Source: an uncultured bacterium (lineage in GTDB: Bacteria; Bacillota_I; Bacilli_A; RFN20; CAG-826). From it: a stretch of 64,000 bases of DNA. The position numbers were made by a program, and so were the translations under genes. The notes below the pieces were generated by a model. That model was not told where the DNA came from, searched no databases, and worked only from the letters and a program-made list of their open reading frames with translations. Below are positions 60,208 through 64,000 of this stretch, in pieces. The first letter of the stretch is position 1, and each line of letters begins with the position of its first letter. The stretch spans positions 262,129 through 326,128 of the forward strand of contig CASFZN010000018.1 of the NCBI GenBank assembly GCA_949299195.1, read 5' to 3'.

Positions 60208-63200
60208 ATGTTTTATACCTATAATCAATCAGTCCATATAATAATCCATAATATGAATCGTTTTGATTTAATGATGTGTTAATTTGAATTCGATAGACAT
60301 AACCTCCAATAACAGGAGTAATTGTTGTTTGCCCGAATACATCTCCTTCTGTAAACCCAGAAATATAAGCATATTCATTTGATCCAGGTTCATTATAAAT
60401 ATAAGCATAAGATTCAAAAGCTTCAATAAAGTGCGACCATCTATAAAAGTCTTCTCCTGGGTCATTAGCATAATAAACACCACCTTCATCCGTTGAGAAA
60501 CTAACTCCTACATCTATTAAATTATAAAAATCTTCCATTATAAAATTGTCATCATTAAGGATAGGTTTGTTTTCTGAATTAAAGGAACAACCTCTAATAG
60601 AAATACTTTTCAACACTCTATCTTCGCTTAAATCACTTGAATTCGCAGGTCCATAATTAAGCTCAATAAAGAGTCCATTAAAACCTTCCATATTAATTAG
60701 TCCGCCCAAATCTATAGTCATTGAGAAACTGCCATTTCCAGTTGATGGATCGTCCTTAGTTATAAAGTTTCCTATACACTCTTCAAGAGTTTTTGTGTTT
60801 GTTGTGTCTGTCGATTCCTCTTCAACCATAGATAATCCTACTTGGTAATAGATTATGCCCATTATTTCATCTCTATCTATTGCGATTGAAGCAATACCAG
60901 TAACTTCATCAATTAAGGTGTAATCTACTAAATAATAAAGAATGTTGGGAACACTAACTTCATCAGAACTTCCATTTGGATTGTATGATGTGGAGCCGAG
61001 AAGCTGTGCTTGTGTTAATTTAAATGTTTCGATTGAATAGTTATAACTATCCTCGTTTATTCCTGATATTTCTGGTCTAGATAGATTGAATCTATATATT
61101 TCGCATTCCGTATAAATAGTAAATTCAGAAGCATTTTTATTATCATAATAACCAAGGACAGAATTACCACCGAAAAAATTTTGATTTATGTTATTTATAT
61201 ATTTCTTGGCTCGTTCTTCCTGTCCTTTCTTGTTAGAGTAAATCTGTGAGTCAAAATATTTATATTGGTCTACCTTTACCTTATTATTACTAGATCCATG
61301 ATATGAAGCGATTGGTTTATTGGTACCGTTATACCCAAGATATCTTAAATCATCACTTAAGTCGTTTTGAAAACTATAAACCTCATAATCCTCAACTTTT
61401 TCTTGTATTTTATCTCCCTTCTCTACAAAAGAAGCTGTAGTTTTGGAGACATAACAAATTTCTGTGCCGTCTTCTAATCTTTTTGTAAAATATTCTATGT
61501 AGTATGGTCTTGTATTATACATGTAACCCGGTTGTTGGTCATTTGTATTTTTAGCTCTTTCAATAATGATATGAGATCTCGTTCCTGAATAAAGTGGTTC
61601 ATCTGCTCCAATATCTTTTTCATCGCATACTTCGACCATAGCGGTAACGGTTCTTGGTTCGATAAGATCTACTGATCCAAGATCAATATCCAGGCCTAGA
61701 ATTTTATACTTTAAGAATATGTTTACATCGAGCTTGCCCTTAATTTTGAAATATCTTCTATATGTAGAGTTAATTCCTAAAGTGATTAATGTTGATAAAT
61801 CTTTGACGTTGATAAAGTCGCTTTTATTAGTTAGGTAGTCGTAATCAACAAAGTCATGAGTTGTTGGGTCGCCTTCAACGGCTCCAAAAATATTATCTTC
61901 TTTTAAATTCTCGTCTCTTTCTAATGTGAGATTATCGATGGTTCCTAAATTAGGGATAGAAAGCGAATCCAACGTTAATTTATCAATTGAATATAAGTTT
62001 TTCTTTGTTTCTTCATTATATTCTTTTGAAGCTTTTAAGGTTATCTCACTCCAAGTTGGGTTTTCACTTTTATCAATAGTGATATTTCCCTCTTCGTCTT
62101 TTTCATATGTATCAAAAATTGCAGAAGAGATGCTTGCTTCGAGAACAATTTCATTGGAAATAGTCTCGATTTTCTTTATTTTTATATAGTCTGATATTAA
62201 AGTTTCTATTTCTTTATTTTCAATTAAATACATGATAATAAAGTTAGAATTTAAAGCGTTAATTATAGATTCTAAGTACGAATATAATAAATTGCTATCT
62301 TGAAGAGTTTTAATTTGTTCTAGTATCTCTAAAATAGAGGAAGCAGGAGAAACAATTTTAAATGATTCTTTGTTTTTTTTATTAAGTCTTAGATTTGCAA
62401 CAATAGTATCTTTTAAAACTTTATTACCTTTTATATCTTCATAATATTCCATTCCGTCATATTCTTTTATCGCTAAATTCTCATCATTTTTAGTACCATA
62501 ATATTTGAAAATAACATTCATAGGATTAGATAAAACGGGAGTTCTTTCTTTTCCTAATGAAGAGATTTTTCCTAAATCCATATTTCCTGAAACTAATTGA
62601 CCTTGGTAATTCATAAAGACATCGCCTAAAACCCCATAAGCGTTTTCTTTAGATACTAATGAAGTTGAAAGGTTATAGCCAAGTTTTTCAGTTTCGAAAG
62701 CATTTGAATTTTGGTTAGTAAATAAATCAATTAAGTCCATAATTATGGATATTTCTAATTTGTTATTTTCGTTAAGTTCACTACTATCAACAAAATTGCC
62801 TTTATTAAAATCATCATATCCATAGTTAAAGTTGATGACATAATTTCCATCATGAGTAGCAATATTTACATAAATTCCGATTAATTCTTGGAATCTTGTA
62901 TCATATAAAATCTTTATATATGGAGAGAATGATGGATCATTAACTGCCATTTCGTATTGGAAAATATATTCTGGATCGACGGTAATTTCTAAAGTTTCCC
63001 ATTCTTCATTAACATCAATCTTTAAGAATTTTTCTAATGGTCTTAAAGAAATGTTATCCATAATATATTGAATATCTTGGGTTAATTCGTAGTTTTCTAA
63101 TATTTCGTCAATATAATAATTGATGGTTCCAAGTATTTGTTCAAAATCAATATTAATTGAATTTTCTGTATTTTGTAAAAGCTCTAAAATAGTAGAGATT

Positions 63201-64000
63201 AAGGAATTAATTCCTTCAAAAGGAATGCAGATATATTTATCTTCTCCAAATAAATTTATTTCTACTATTAATGATTTTTTATTAGTTAAAGGATCATCTT
63301 GAATATAAATTCCTTTAACCATATTCATAATAGAAGCAATCGTTTCATTGATTCCACTTATTCCAAAATTAGTTAAAGCTAAATCAAAATTAGAGATAGA
63401 ATCTAAAGATAAATTATTAAAATCTAATTTTGATGCATTTAAATCGATGTTAGAAGAAAAACCAATATTTGAGTTATTTTTTAAATCAAATAATTGGAAG
63501 GACATCTTTCCGCCTAATGTTTTACGGTTTATTAAACTGGTTACTGATTCAATCATTCCAGGCAAGAAATCGTATGAAGGGAAAGATGATAAGTCGTATG
63601 GTTTAAGTTCGATTAAATCGTTAATTCTTAAAGAGGCATCAATAGTAGTTTCTTCATCAACTCTTAAGTTTTTAATCTCGATTGTTTTAAGTTTTAAATT
63701 GTGTAATCCAATTTTTATATCTAAGATCGATTCAGGGAGTCCAAAGACACTAGAATCTATCTTTAAAGATAATAAATTATTCTTTAAAGAATAAGATTTA
63801 ATACTACTTAAATAGGAAGAGATGTCTCGAGTGGTAGATATTTCTTTAAAAGAAGTAGTATTAAATAATGAATTAAGAGGCATATTTACATATTCATTAA
63901 AATCTATGTCAGTATAATTACTTACGACATCTAAAAGAGAAGAGATACCAGTATCTGACATCCTTCCTTTTAAAAATGGATCTTTATTATCAGTATTTTG
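60206..64000 (-). CDS. Giant acidic protein with degenerate internal repeats (likely surface/secreted; N-terminus probably outside window)
   Basis: More than 1250 codons; frame stays open from ATG 63961 to the window edge (QNTDNKDPFLKGR-M); no recognisable catalytic motif. Confidence 0.8.
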   Translation of the reverse strand, partial: QNTDNKDPFLKGRMSDTGISSLLDVVSNYTDIDFNEYVNMPLNSLFNTTSFKEISTTRDISSYLSSIKSYSLKNNLLSLKIDSSVFGLPESILDIKIGLHNLKLKTIEIKNLRVDEETTIDASLRINDLIELKPYDLSSFPSYDFLPGMIESVTSLINRKTLGGKMSFQLFDLKNNSNIGFSSNIDLNASKLDFNNLSLDSISNFDLALTNFGISGINETIASIMNMVKGIYIQDDPLTNKKSLIVEINLFGEDKYICIPFEGINSLISTILELLQNTENSINIDFEQILGTINYYIDEILENYELTQDIQYIMDNISLRPLEKFLKIDVNEEWETLEITVDPEYIFQYEMAVNDPSFSPYIKILYDTRFQELIGIYVNIATHDGNYVINFNYGYDDFNKGNFVDSSELNENNKLEISIIMDLIDLFTNQNSNAFETEKLGYNLSTSLVSKENAYGVLGDVFMNYQGQLVSGNMDLGKISSLGKERTPVLSNPMNVIFKYYGTKNDENLAIKEYDGMEYYEDIKGNKVLKDTIVANLRLNKKNKESFKIVSPASSILEILEQIKTLQDSNLLYSYLESIINALNSNFIIMYLIENKEIETLISDYIKIKKIETISNEIVLEASISSAIFDTYEKDEEGNITIDKSENPTWSEITLKASKEYNEETKKNLYSIDKLTLDSLSIPNLGTIDNLTLERDENLKEDNIFGAVEGDPTTHDFVDYDYLTNKSDFINVKDLSTLITLGINSTYRRYFKIKGKLDVNIFLKYKILGLDIDLGSVDLIEPRTVTAMVEVCDEKDIGADEPLYSGTRSHIIIERAKNTNDQQPGYMYNTRPYYIEYFTKRLEDGTEICYVSKTTASFVEKGDKIQEKVEDYEVYSFQNDLSDDLRYLGYNGTNKPIASYHGSSNNKVKVDQYKYFDSQIYSNKKGQEERAKKYINNINQNFFGGNSVLGYYDNKNASEFTIYTECEIYRFNLSRPEISGINEDSYNYSIETFKLTQAQLLGSTSYNPNGSSDEVSVPNILYYLVDYTLIDEVTGIASIAIDRDEIMGIIYYQVGLSMVEEESTDTTNTKTLEECIGNFITKDDPSTGNGSFSMTIDLGGLINMEGFNGLFIELNYGPANSSDLSEDRVLKSISIRGCSFNSENKPILNDDNFIMEDFYNLIDVGVSFSTDEGGVYYANDPGEDFYRWSHFIEAFESYAYIYNEPGSNEYAYISGFTEGDVFGQTTITPVIGGYVYRIQINTSLNQNDSYYGLLYGLIDYRYKT

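Noticed and set aside
63961..63972. ATG 63961 as true start of the giant ORF
   Set aside because: GGAAGG abuts the ATG with no spacer and the frame is open to the window edge

Overview
Very AT-rich chromosomal window from a genome-reduced Firmicute. Gene content and codon usage suggest an uncultured Bacilli lineage such as order RFN20 (inference). It is mostly a housekeeping backbone: rlmD end, pyrG, rsmI-yaaT, glyA, holB-tmk-recR-ybaB-dnaX, prfA-prmC-tsaC/rpiB, comFA-comFC, secA-prfB (+1 frameshift), uvrB, secG, tmRNA, eno, uvrA-lgt-HAD-whiA and sdaA. Small accessory blocks are interspersed: enoate reductase plus split aconitase X, a CAT-like gene, GH3/ROK, DUF1538/PII, LysR-flavodoxin-cupin-CMD, ABC-F, ECF sigma/anti-sigma, WYL, macro domain and a giant repeat protein. 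Main observations: (1) the rare in-frame CGG codons fall mostly at positions where homologues have Trp, implying CGG is read as Trp. (2) There are nine copies of a parS-like but non-canonical palindrome GTTTCCACGTGGAAAC, three inside CDSs and three with a second palindrome exactly 9 bp away. (3) An unannotated ~280-nt nested-stem element with a candidate promoter of its own lies at 17581-17860 (candidate novel ncRNA or MITE). (4) The tmRNA tag ends in -LAC. (5) An enoate reductase/AcnX operon has an unknown substrate. No integrase, transposase, CRISPR array, rRNA or tRNA was seen. All homologue comparisons are from recalled family motifs, not from database searches.
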